Below are positions 1 through 12,106 of a DNA stretch of 64,000 nucleotides, piece after piece. How positions within the stretch are numbered: the first letter of the stretch is position 1; each line of letters opens with the position of its first letter. Under the pieces are notes generated by a model. That model had not been told where the DNA came from. It searched no databases and saw only the letters and a program-made list of their open reading frames with translations. The position numbers were made by a program, and so were the translations under genes. The stretch is taken from NCBI RefSeq assembly GCF_006345805.1, contig NC_043002.1, positions 34,348,001 through 34,412,000 on the forward strand. Reading direction: 5' to 3'. The stretch comes from Octopus sinensis. Taxonomy: Eukaryota.

Positions 1-447
1 CCGTTTAACACTGAGTGATACATGTGTGTATGTGTACATGTGTGTGTGTGTGTGTATGCAGGTATACATATATATGCCTATAAATATACATAGATACATA
101 TATGTGCGTATATATGTTTATATATGCATATGCAATGTATGTCTATATGTTGATGTGAATACATATATAAACGTGTATTAACGTCTGTTTTATTACAGAT
201 CTCTGTGTGTGTGTGTGTGTGTGTATCAATTTAGAATGATGCGCAAACTCGCAAAAACAATACATACGCATATACATACTAGATAAATACACACACACAT
301 ATATATATATACACACACACACGCACACATATGTATATACGTACGTATGTATGTGTGTATGTATGTATGTATGTATGTATGTATGTATGTAGTACGTACG
401 TATACAAAATACATTCATACATTCACTCAGATATATATATATATATT

Positions 448-526
<79 letters not shown>
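1..526. repeat. Compound microsatellite (TG/TA/TATG/TA)
   Basis: Runs of gt, gtat and ta directly visible; the short ORFs here are translations of the repeats. Confidence 0.95.
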
Positions 527-1028
527 ACGAATGTCTGAGTGTATGTATGTGTGCGCGTAATTACATATTCTGGAATATGTAGATATTAAAAGGGAAGAAG
601 AGAAAGTGATGAGAAAAAATAAAAGAGAAAGGAAAGGTGAAACTGGGATGGGGGTGGGGGTTGAGTTGTTGCAATATCCAACGTGATGATGTTTACTCGA
701 AGGAATTCTTAGGTTGGCTCGAAACTGCGGTATTCCCAGACACCTAAATGAGTGAACTAGAGAGAGAAAGACACAGAGAGTAAGGAAGAGAAATATAGGG
801 AAAAAGAAAGGGAGAGAGAGAGAGAGAGGAGTCGACAGTGAAAGGGTAATGGAACAAACATTGACGTCACAAAGAACTGTTCAAAAGTGTCAAAGTTAGT
901 CAACACGTCTTTGATGTCGTCTGCCAACATCGAACCGTTACTAACGCCCTCTACACTAAGCAGTCCATTATCGCTTCAACGTCCTGCCATCTTCCTTCAC
1001 ACACTTTTCACTTCTTCCTTCTACTCAC

Positions 1029-1226
1029 CGGTTGTAATTGCGATTTTTTTTTCTTTTTGTTGTTGTTGTTTTTGTTTCTTTTGTTGTTGTTTTTAGCAAC
1101 ACCATTAAATGTGTTTGTTTTTAAATGTTGTTGTTGCTGTTGTTTACAATTTGCATTCGATATTCGTTTGCAGATGAGAACGCCGTGTTTGAGGACGATT
1201 GTGTCTCTGTATTCCACCGTTTCCAT
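1029..1226 (-). CDS. Possible first coding exon of a gene continuing left of the window (METVEYRDTIVLKHGVLICKR...KKSQLQP)
   Basis: ATG at 1226 and 66 open codons ending at CCG|GTGAGT (canonical donor, plus-strand actcac at 1023-1028). No recognised homology, contains (CAA)n low complexity, and a competing donor-like GTGAGA lies near 1248. Confidence 0.25.
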
Positions 1227-1486
1227 TTGATCGAATAATCGATCTCACCGCCGGTTCAGCAACCTGACATTTTTAGACATTTTTCAACTGGTAGCAAAAC
1301 GATGCACACACGCGCGCGCGCGCACTCATGCACATACACATGCACACACACACACACACACATATATAACACCACCACCACCATCACACTCCCACACTAC
1401 GTGACACACCAGAGTACATGCACTACAAAATAAATACAGAGAAATAAATATTGCATATCCAAGATATATATATATATATATATATA

Positions 1487-1615
1487 TTTCTTTACTACCC
1501 ACAAGGGGCTAAACATAGAGGGGGCAAACAAGGACAGACAAAGGGATTAAGTCGATTACATCGACCCCAGTGCGAAATTGGTACTTTATTTATCGACCCC
1601 GAAAGGATGAAAGGC
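1487..1615 (-). mobile_element. SINE fragment (same family as 11343 and 31760-32398), cut by a LINE
   Basis: cacaaggggctaaac...tcgaccccgaaaggatgaaaggc matches the copies at 31940-32090. Confidence 0.85.
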
Positions 1616-3043
1616 CTATCTCTCTGACCTCACACATCAGCAAAGTCATGGAACGAATAGTCCGTAAGAAACTAATCATGTTCCTTGAAGAAAATGACTT
1701 GCTGTCTGACACCCAGCTTGGATTTCGACCTGGTAGAAGCTGCCTAACACAGCTCCTGCAACACTATGACTGGGTGTTGAAACAGCTACTAAATGGCTTA
1801 AATGTGGATGTAATATATCTCGACTTTGCAAAAGCCTTTGATAAGGTCGACCATGGTATGATCTGTCACAAACTGCGTGGTCTCGGCATAGGCGGAAAAC
1901 TTGGAGAGTGGCTGCACAACTTCCTAAAAGACAGAAAACAGGCAGTTGTGAGCAATGGAACCACCTCCAAGGAAACACAAATAACAAGCGGTGTCCCACA
2001 GGGCACTGTTTTGGGGCCACTGATGTTCATAGTGGCCCTTTCAGACATGCCTTCAGTTGCTACGATGACCACCCTTGCTAGCTATGCAGATGACACAAAA
2101 GTCTCCCACGCAATACAAAACCCTGAAAATATTGCACATCTGCAACAAGAGTTGGACACAATATACAGGTGGGCTGAGGACAACAACATGCAGTTTAATG
2201 CAGATAAGTTCCAGGCCCTGCGCTACTGGCACACAAAGGTAAACGACGTGCAGACTGGATACACTGGCCCAGGAAGAATTGCAATCCCTGAGTCAAAATC
2301 AGTGCGTGACCTGGGCATTGACATGAGCAATGATGCATCTTTCCAAGTGCATATTGCTAATCTGGTGATAAAATGCAGACGGCTAGCTGGATGGATTCTC
2401 CGAACTTTCAGAACAAGAGAGAAGGAGACACTGATGGTCCTATGGAAAACATTCGTCCTCAGCCGCTTGGACTACTGCTCCCAACTGTGGTCACCATACA
2501 ATATAAAACTAACAGCAGAACTCGAAGCAATTCAGAGAAACTACACAAAGAAAATCGTCTCAATGCAAAATATCAGCTACTGGGAAAGACTGAAGGTATT
2601 AAACCTCTTCTCCCTAGAGCGGAGGCGGGAGAGATATGCGGTGATGTACATCTGGAAAATCCTGGAGGGTCTTGTTACCCCAACCGCAGTTGGTGCATGG
2701 TGCCAAGGATTCCAACATCACCATCAAAATACAGGTCCAGATACTGCAACAGCTTGGGTTTCAGAGGACCACAGCTCTTTAACATCCTCCCTAAATGCCT
2801 GAGAGACTTGCATGGTGTGGATGTGGGTTTCTTTAAAACTAAACTGGATCTCTTCTTGTCGGGAGACCCAGATGAACCTACCTCACGACAGGAGACGCAG
2901 ATGCGGACAGCAGCATCGAACTCCCTTGTTGATCAAGTGCCACGTATCAGAGGTGGATTCACAAATTAGTGTAGCTCATTCAGCGGTGGTGCCCCAGCAT
3001 GGCCGCGGCCTTCGGGCTAAAACATTTTAAAGGATTTTAAGGA
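1612..3043 (+). mobile_element. 5'-truncated CR1/L2-group LINE: RT domain, C-terminus and 3' UTR
   Basis: Starts in the (Y)RPISLTS motif. Contains YLDFAKAFDKVDH, SGVPQGTVLGP and YADD. Frameshift/deletion near 2690; the C-terminus continues in ORF 2373-2969 (FNILPK...LDLFL...AASNSL). Tail ttttaa(a)gga repeated. Confidence 0.93.
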
Positions 3044-3078
3044 TATATATGTTGCATATGCAATAATATATATATATA

Positions 3079-3111
<33 letters not shown>

Positions 3112-3147
3112 ACATATATATATATATATGCTGTAAATGCATATATA

Positions 3148-3196
<49 letters not shown>

Positions 3197-3516
3197 CAGT
3201 AGCGGACTGGCCAGGTTGCCAGCTTGTCCGATGGCAAGAGGGCATATCCATATATGGGGGCCCATGTTAGTATCTAAGGGGCCCGTCCCCTCAAGTTTGA
3301 GAATTTTTTTATTCACTCCTGGATTATTTCAGCCTGGCTGTGTCTGTAGACACTTGAAAAGAATACTTTTAACAAAATAAAAAAGGGAAAAAATTAAATG
3401 ATAGCACTGTAGTTGCGGGTGGGCCCTCTTGTAGTTACGGGTGGGACCCCTTGTGGTTATGGGTGGGCCTCCTTAGTCTCCTGGCAACCAATATTTATAT
3501 ACCCAATCTGCCACTG
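3197..3516. mobile_element. MITE with cagtrgcrga terminal inverted repeats (hAT-like ends)
   Basis: cagtagcggact at the left, aatctgccactg at the right; inserted in (TA)n. Confidence 0.6.
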
Positions 3517-3961
3517 TATATATATACACATATGCATGTACATTTAAGCGTAGATATTTGTATTAATGTATATTTATATATGTATGCGTAAAAGTATGTA
3601 TATATGTGTGTGTTTATATTTATAACTTAACCTTACGTACTTTCTAAAATCTCTGACGAAGCCTAGAGAAACACCCAAGCACCTCAATTTCATCTACTAA
3701 TTATTTCAGTCCAATGGAGGGATAAAAGTAGAATGAGGAATTATTGCCTCTTGACTGAAACAGCTGTAAGATATTATCCCAATTTCTATTGCTCTATGTT
3801 ATATATGTATGTATATTGTTATAATTGTCCCTGTAGTACATAAATAAATTGACATAATATAATGTCTAAAAGTTGATGAGTACCACCTATTGATCCCCTC
3901 CATTTTCTTATTGCTCTCTCTCTCTCTCTCTCTCTCTCGCTATATATATATGTTTATTTAA

Positions 3962-4410
3962 TAGTGTTCACTTCCGGACTCTCTCACTCTGTGAGAGCCT
4001 CAGTTCAAATCGCACGTTCTTGAATGGGCTGGAGTATTTCTTTTTTGGATGTATTTGGGGTACTTAATTGTGCTCATGACTTATTGTTTTGCTTCTTCCA
4101 TGGGTATGAGTAAGTATCTCATTTATTTCTTTGCCACATTTATCACTGACGAAGGGAGGGTTCTTGTGAACTAACCTTAAAATCGGTCCGATATGGTAAT
4201 AATGAAATTTTTTAGAAATTTTTTCGAGTAGTGTACGTATTGTGAAAAAATATATGGTTATGGACAATATGTCCAATTTCGGCATATTTGGCATTAGAAA
4301 CTTTTTCGTTTGCCCTTATTTATAAGTTATATATATATATATTAGGAGAAATGAGGTACTCAAAAATCTGGATGGTTTTATATTTACAGATATTTATTAA
4401 TATGCTACAT
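3962..4410 (+). mobile_element. Degenerate Penelope-like terminal region with a hammerhead relic
   Basis: tatca CTGACGA agg...cct taaaa tcgGTC cgata at 4141-4193 resembles a decayed minimal type I hammerhead. Confidence 0.35.
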
Positions 4411-4716
4411 ATTTTTATAAATCATATATTAGAGCTTGCGTCCACTCTAGTGGAGTTGTCAGATTGAACTTTTTCAGGAATTTTGTCTTTATAGTATTAT
4501 TGAGTGTATAGGGGTGGAGAGAAATTCCATCCCTATACACACACACGTGTGTGTGTGTGTGTATATACTTTATTAATAAAGCTACAAAGGCATCACAAAA
4601 ACTGTTACTCCGAGTTTCACGTTCCCGTTTACCGGACAGTTTTGGTTTTGCAGCTTTATTAATAAAGCATATTACTCTACCTTTTCCACCTTGTTTCACA
4701 TTTATGTGCTTACTCT

Positions 4717-4767
<51 letters not shown>

Positions 4768-4826
4768 TATATATATTGCTGGCACACACATAAACGTATG
4801 TGTGTGCAGATAAGTATATCCATCTA

Positions 4827-4859
<33 letters not shown>

Positions 4860-4956
4860 ATATCTATCTATCTATCTATCTATCTATATATCTATCTATC
4901 TATCTATCTATCTGTATCTCTCTCTCTCTCCGTCTGTATATATATATATATATATA

Positions 4957-5360
4957 GGCGCAGGTATGGTTGTATAGTATGAAGCTTGCTTCCCAACCAC
5001 ATGGTTCCGGGTTCAGTTCCACTACGTGGCACCTTGGGCAACTATTTTCTACTATAGCCTTGGCCCGACCAAACCTTATGAGTGGAATTGGTAGATAGGA
5101 ATTGAAAGACGACAGTCGTATGCGTGTGTGTGTATGTCTGTGTGTCTGTGTGTATGTGTGTGTGTCTGTGTGTCTTTGTCTGTGCCTGTGTTTGTCCGTC
5201 CGACACCGCTGTTGATGCTCGGTAAAAGTGGCTCGGTAAAAGAGACTGATAGTACTAGAAGTTAAAAATAGGTCATGGGGTTGATTTATTCGACTAAAAC
5301 CCCTCAAGGCGGTGCACCAGCATGGCTGCAGTTAAATCTCAGAAACAAATAAAAGAATAG
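4957..5360 (+). mobile_element. Full-length tRNA-derived SINE
   Basis: tRNA-like head with B-box ggttcagttcc, internal (GT)n, tail ggtgcaccagcatggctgc...aaacaaataaaagaata. Related copies at 7322-7650(-), 19936-20305(-) and 49030-49190(+). Confidence 0.9.
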
Positions 5361-5367
5361 GAGAATG

Positions 5368-5410
<43 letters not shown>

Positions 5411-5555
5411 ATACACACTCACATATATATACTTACTTGTAAATGGACGCGTGGCGTTCAATCAAATTATAATATAAATAATATATATATGCATATATAT
5501 ATAATATACATACATACATATATATATATAATATATATATATATATGTATGTATG

Positions 5556-6016
<461 letters not shown>

Positions 6017-6077
6017 TTTCGTTTCAGCACACGATCTCAGATCAAATTACTTGCTATGCGAGTACATCTCCGTAATA

Positions 6078-6151
<74 letters not shown>

Positions 6152-6170
6152 GTATTTATGTATGTATGAT

Positions 6171-6221
<51 letters not shown>

Positions 6222-6224
6222 GCA

Positions 6225-6440
6225 TATATGGGTACAGGACGTCACACAAACAAAATGAAATACGAAAACAAATGAGATCAATACGCAAACAACGAGAGAA
6301 ACAAATGAAAACAGGGCAAGTAACTTAAAGAACGACCCTTCATCAGTTGTCGGCTGCCTATCTACTCCTCATTTGGAGCACTGAATGACTATGAGTCTTC
6401 GAAGGCAGTTGCTCCCACAGAAGCCAAAATAAAATTTGGG
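6225..6440 (-). repeat. Interspersed repeat (gccgacaactgatgaaggg...cctgtacccatat family)
   Basis: Homologous copies at 48775-48915(-) and 59470-59700(+). Confidence 0.7.
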
Positions 6441-6756
6441 ATTTATGGAGAGTCAAAGCTGGTAACAAAAACAGGACAGTGGCAACATACAAGGAAACCA
6501 AAAAAAAACATGGGGGGGTCGTTAGACCAGACAAAGGTAAAATAGCGAACATTGGAGAGATATTTTCTTTCACAAGACAAAAGATAGAAAAAAGAGAGAG
6601 AGAGATAGGATACGTCCAAACCCCAGGACAACCCTGAAAGAAAAGAAAGATGATCACGTGAGGGAAAGAAAGATGGATGATGGTCACGTGTGAACAACAA
6701 GAGAGAATAAAGGAGAAAGAGAGACAGACAGACAGAAAACGGCGAAGGGGAGGAAA

Positions 6757-7075
6757 AGGAGGTGCTTGCCTCAGTGGTTAGAACGTCGAGCTTGTGATCA
6801 TGAGGTAGAGATTTCGATTCCCAGACTAGGCTGCGTGTTTTGTTCTTGAACAAGACAATTTATTTCACATTGCTCCAGTTCACTCAGCTGTAGAAATGAG
6901 TTGCGATGTCACTTGTGCCAAGCTGTATCGGCCTTTACCTTTCCCTTTCACGCTGACGTGGGGGGAGGAGGCTGGTATGCAAAGACGACTGGTGGTTTCC
7001 ATAAACACCTTGCCTGGACTTGTGCCTCGATGGGTAACTTTCTAGATGCAAACCCATGGTCATTCTTCACCGAAA
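6757..7075 (+). mobile_element. tRNA-derived SINE (second family)
   Basis: A-box-like cagtggttagaa, B-box-like gatttcgattccc, followed by ctccagttcactcagctgtagaaatgag; similar sequence at 60835-61018(-). Confidence 0.75.
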
Positions 7076-7078
7076 GGG

Positions 7079-7172
<94 letters not shown>

Positions 7173-7321
7173 TGTGTGTGTGTTGTGTGTGTGTGTGTGT
7201 GTATTCTTTTATTCTTTTGCTTCAGTCATTTGACTGCAGCCATATTGGGTTTTTAAAGGGTTTTTTAGTCGAAGAAATTGACCCTAGCACTTATTCTTTG
7301 TAAACCTATTATTTTATTTTA

Positions 7322-7424
7322 ATGATGCCTTTTGCCGAACCCCTAAGTTACGGGGGCGTAATCGCACCAACATCGGTTGCCAGGCAATGGTGGGGGAGAA
7401 ACGCAGACAAAGATACACAGACAG

Positions 7425-7484
<60 letters not shown>

Positions 7485-7650
7485 CACGAAGGGTTTCTTT
7501 CAGTTTCCGTCTACTAAATCCACTCAGAAAGCTTTAGTCGGCCCAAGGCTATAGCAGGAGACACTTACACAAGGCGCCACGCAGTGAGACTGAACCCGGA
7601 ACTATGTGGTTCAGAAGCAAGCTTCTTACTACACACCCACGCCTGCGCCT
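7322..7650 (-). mobile_element. tRNA-derived SINE
   Basis: Reverse complement of the 4957 head (aggcgcaggcgtggg...gttccgggttcagtctc). Confidence 0.85.
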
Positions 7651-7853
7651 ATGTGTATTATATTTTCTTGCACAAGCTATTGCGAGTTTCCTCGTGTTCT
7701 ACCGTTAATTTGAGGAGTCAGATACCAAAATCAATATGTTTAGGATTTCAGTTACCTTTGATTACTACGCTTCTGCAGCTCATTGAGAATTCAGCAAATT
7801 TCAAATCCTTCATCTCATGACCTTTCAGAGAAATGGAAATGATATATATATAT

Positions 7854-7885
<32 letters not shown>

Positions 7886-7888
7886 CAC

Positions 7889-8105
7889 TCAACAAGGAGA
7901 AAAAGTTAGACGAAAGCAGAGCAAACGGAAAACTGGGAGATAACTTAACAGACAAGAATTTTGACAAAGACACGACATACGATTTTCGTCGTTAGTCAAT
8001 GACCCAAAATAACAAGGAAAATTCAGCTGCGAATATTCCGTGTATCGTGTCTTTGTCTAAATTTCTCGTCCGTTGAGCTTTCGTCTAACTTTTTCTCCTC
8101 GTTCT
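7889..8105. mobile_element. Fold-back MITE with long imperfect TIRs
   Basis: aacaaggagaaaaagttagacgaaagc pairs with gctttcgtctaactttttctcctcgtt; inner gacaaagacacga pairs with tcgtgtctttgtc. Confidence 0.75.
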
Positions 8106-8164
8106 GTTCTTTCTGTTCAACCCTTGATATATCTATGTAGCGTAACGTTTACTTTACATAATAT

Positions 8165-8219
<55 letters not shown>

Positions 8220-8225
8220 TATATA

Positions 8226-9780
8226 TACTAGCAGAGTTACCCGGCGTTGCCCGACTTACATACGATTGAAGAATTAGACTTTTCTGTTATATTTTCTGTA
8301 ATGAACTGGAATACCTATGTTTCGAATTTCATCAAAATTGCAGATGAGGGTTATTTCCCTCTTTACACACCCAAACAAAATTGTAATCGTGCCACATTTA
8401 TCCCATACTACTGATTTTTATGCGCATATTCCAAAATTCCAGTCCTATAGAACCTATTAAAAGGATTTTGCTCCTGAAAAATGGAGGTCATGGAGCTCTA
8501 AAATGTGAGAGTTAACGCCCCTATTGGGGGTGGGCATTTTATTGTCAACCAGGGAAGTTGAATTGTTGAGAATCTTTTTAACTTGGGTCTTATATCTATT
8601 GTTTGAATTTCTTTGAAATAGGAAATATATGTTCACTGGGTTTGTAAAAGAGAGCAAAGCTACAGGAAACCAAAAGACGAATGATCACAATAAGCAGTCA
8701 GCTACCCTACCCTAGTCGTTACCACTCCCAATGTAGTATTCCTCACCATACAGGTGACAGGCACAGCCATAAGATGCATTACGAATCTATAGAAATTGGA
8801 AGGGCGTGACCCAACTGAAATAAACATTAACAACTGTGTGACGTGAGGGCTAAGGAGAAATGAAAGTGTCACCTCTGGAGTTTGTAAATGACCACTATAC
8901 TAATACGTAACTGGACAGAATAAATATACAATCTACAAATGTCTTTGAATAACCAGTCACTCATCTGGGAAGGCCTTGAAATCAATCTTACCATCTGGGG
9001 ACTATGTGTGACCCAGTGATAATAAAAACACTGAAAGGAGATCTGCAATCAAATAACTTTACTCAACACTTTGCAACTGAATTAGTGGATGCAAAGATGC
9101 CTCTCTTTTACTTGACAATTTATGCAGCACATTGCAGAAATCACAATCTAAGTGTATGTCAAAGCAAACTCTTACACTGTTATACCATTAAATTACAAAT
9201 AATGCTCATCTTCTATGCTCGGATGACCACACAGCTTCCAAGAGTACAACTATTCGTCTTTGCTTAGATAAAATGACAAAGTTGTGAGTGTTAAGTCCCT
9301 ATGAAGGGGTCTTTCTAACTTGTAAGAAGATGAAATTTTATAAATATTATTTCATTTGTATCTAATATCTATGGTTAAAATTTCATCAACAGCAAAAATA
9401 TATGTATTGTCATGGGGGTTATGGCCCTTATGCATAGAATATAATTTCCAAATTTCGTAAAGATCCATTCGGTACTTTTGACTTAGTTTTGGATCATAAA
9501 AGAAATGACTAAAATTTTGGAGTAAAGGCTCCCATTAGGGTGTCTTAGAATCCTCATGTGAAGTGGAAACTTTGAGAATACTTCTTGATGTGTGTCAATT
9601 ACCCATGGTTGAAATTTCATCAACATCGAAAATTTATGAATTTTCATAGGGGGTTCTGCCTCCTTTAAGCCATCTGAAATTCAAACCAAACATATTGCAT
9701 TATACCCGCCCTTATGCATTGAATCTAAGTTTCAAATATCATAAGGATCCATTCAGATAGGGAAATTAAAACTGCATATG
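8226..9780 (-). mobile_element. Degenerate Helitron-like non-autonomous element
   Basis: actagcagagttacccggcgttgcccg resembles the CTAG/hairpin 3' end of the Helitrons at 33-34 kb and 46.6 kb. Internal aaatttcatcaa repeats; far boundary uncertain. Confidence 0.45.
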
Positions 9781-10149
9781 TTGTGAACTTAGAATATGTG
9801 TTTGTTAATAAAAGTTTAATAACGATAATCTTTTATTCATACGAACGTAACTGATATGAAATATGTCATAAATAACAGTGACAAACTAAGTAGACACCAC
9901 AGGAAATTGTTGTTGACAAACTACAGCAGTAATTGTATTCACCTCAATAGATGTCATTGATTGGTTGAAATTGCCGAAATGGAAGAAATTTAACAACAAA
10001 TAGCTTACAAACTACAGAATTTTCTCAAGAAAGCCAAGAGAAAAAGATGTTTTATGTAACACATTCTACCAGTATACGAAGTTTAAAAGTGTTTAGTTAC
10101 AAAGAAATTATTTTTAAAATCTGCCGGTCAAAGGGAAAAGATCCCTTGT

Positions 10150-12100
10150 CTGCATGACTCAGTCCTTTTAATTCCTTTGCTGGTACTTCCACTGGTCATT
10201 TTTCTCCGTTTCTCGTCATGGATTGAGTTTCTTCTCCCATTCCTTTACAGTCCTTCACTTTTACTGTCGTCGGTGACTTTCTTTTCTCTCTTTTCGTGGG
10301 TTTTACTTCCGCCAAATTCCCATCATATTCTGTTCTCTGCTTCTGCTTTTTTTCCACCACTATATCTTCCTGTACACTCTCTTCCACCATTTCTACTGCT
10401 GATCTAGGGCATTTCCTTCTTAGGTGCCCTCTTTCACCGCATCCGTAACATTGTGAGGGTCTCCCCTCCAACATTACTTCCAGCTTTTCACCGTTTGGTA
10501 ATTCCACAGTTTCCGCCATTTCGTCGCAATATTCTAGGATTACTGCGCAAATTACTTCAATGTGATATCCCCCACCAATTCAATTGTTGAGTTCTGCTTA
10601 CTATGCAAATGTTCGGGTTTTCACTTCCCTTCACCAGCTCTGAATTAAATATTGCGACTATTACCCATTCTGGGTCTATCGACGGTGGGATTCTTCCCAC
10701 CCTGACACTTACGTTTCTTTTGCCCAAACAGTTCGGCACCAACGTTTATTTCTCTCCCACTATCAGTCTGTTATCATTCATTTTCGCCTCCTCTTCTGAT
10801 GCAAAGGTGACTATTATAGTCGCGTATTTCCTTCCTCTTGTAAAGAAAGTTATTCCTTCACCCATTTGTTCCTTCAATATTTCCTCTATCTCTTCCTGCA
10901 GCGCGTGTTCTATTCTCCTATTTTCATTCGAAAATATTCTGAATATCACCGTTCTGCTTTCCATTTTTCTTTTTTCCTCCTCTGGTAAGGTCATTTTTAT
11001 GTTTGACCCTTCTTTTGTTTATCATGCCATGATATTTGGCTATCTTCTCCTCATTCCACTCCATCCTCTTCGACTTCAGCACACGTGGGTCTATGGCATC
11101 TCGACCCCCAATAGCTTCTGTGTAACTCTTCATTTCCATTATTCACTTCCACCCAACGATGGTGGCTTCGCACAAAAATCTCGCTTTGAATTCTTCAACA
11201 AACAAAAACACGTCGCTTGGTAGCTCACCCAGAATTTCTCTTTATTATAGGCATAAAGCCTGAAAAAAGATAGGACACCACAAAGACAGACAACACAAAA
11301 CGTGGAGTACATAGAACGTATGGTATGAGATATGAATATAAAAGGCGGCGACCTGGCAGAAACGTTAGCACGCCGGGCGAAATGCTTAGCGGTATTTCGC
11401 CTGCGTTACGTTGTGAGTTCAAATTCCGCCGAGGTCGACTTTACCTTTCATCCTTTCGGGGTCGATAAATTAAGTACGCACTGGGGTCGATGTAATCGAC
11501 TTAATACCTATGTCTGTCCTTGTTTGTCCCCTCTGTGTTTAGCCCCCAAAGCAAGCATTTCCATTTTACTGTTCTAATTAATCATAATTTCATCAGTCTT
11601 TTTATACAATCCTACACAACCCGCGCGTATTCCAATAAGTCGTTGAACAACACCACATTCGGCAACGTATCATACCGGAAACACAGTCCTGTTAGTTTCA
11701 TTTCCGCACCAAACAGTTCCCGCAGATTTAATGCTCTTTCTCTCTCTAATAGTGCTGCTTTCTCGTCGCTGTGAAATAAGTCTTCGTCCAATTTTACTCT
11801 TGTTAATTTTTTTACTTTTCCGATCTGTTTTTTCAATCTCTACATTCGTCTTATAAGTCACCATCGTTCTTATATTCTGTCCTCTCGGTTTCTTCCTAAC
11901 CCATATGTGCGTTATTTTTTTGTTTCACCCTCTCTTTCCACTTCTCAAATCTCTCTTTTTTCACACCTACTTGTTGTTGGCTCTGGTTCCGGGGTTCAAA
12001 TTGCACTCTCTTCCTCTCTCTCTCTTGTGTTTTCGCCGCCTTTCTCTTTGTTTTTTTGGGGTTTTTTTTTAACTTACTGGCAGTGAATCCGCACTTGTCC
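10150..12100 (-). pseudogene. Decayed non-LTR retrotransposon ORF1 (gag-like; RRM-like segments and CCHC knuckle), interrupted by a SINE
   Basis: Collinear broken ORFs 11896-12117, 11612-11836, 10746-10994 (YATIIVTFASEEEAK), 10557-10742 (VSVRVGRIPP) and 10196-10519 (CYGCGERGHLRRKC = CX2CX4HX4C). Confidence 0.7.
11343..11550 (+). mobile_element. SINE inserted in the ORF1 relic
   Basis: aggcggcgacctggcagaa head, gagttcaaattccgccgaggtcgac B-box region; reverse complement of the 31.8-32.4 kb copies. Confidence 0.88.
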
Positions 12101-12106
12101 TTTTCT

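Noticed and set aside
887-1096. Plus-strand 69-aa ORF
   Set aside because: GTG start, tail derived from (TTG)n, no splice or homology support.
1570-2802. 410-aa ORF as an intact RT gene or SINE-LINE fusion protein
   Set aside because: It starts at a GTG inside an antisense SINE fragment joined to the LINE by aggc microhomology, and its C-terminus is out of frame. It is an accidental in-frame junction.
4957-5030. tRNA genes (also about 6760, 31420-31490, 39600, 46370)
   Set aside because: These are SINE heads with A/B boxes, lack a full cloverleaf and continue into SINE bodies.
6330-6365. CTGATGA-aggg...ccct hammerhead-like motif (also near 48900 and 59575)
   Set aside because: No GAAA or cleavage triplet follows stem II in any of the three copies.
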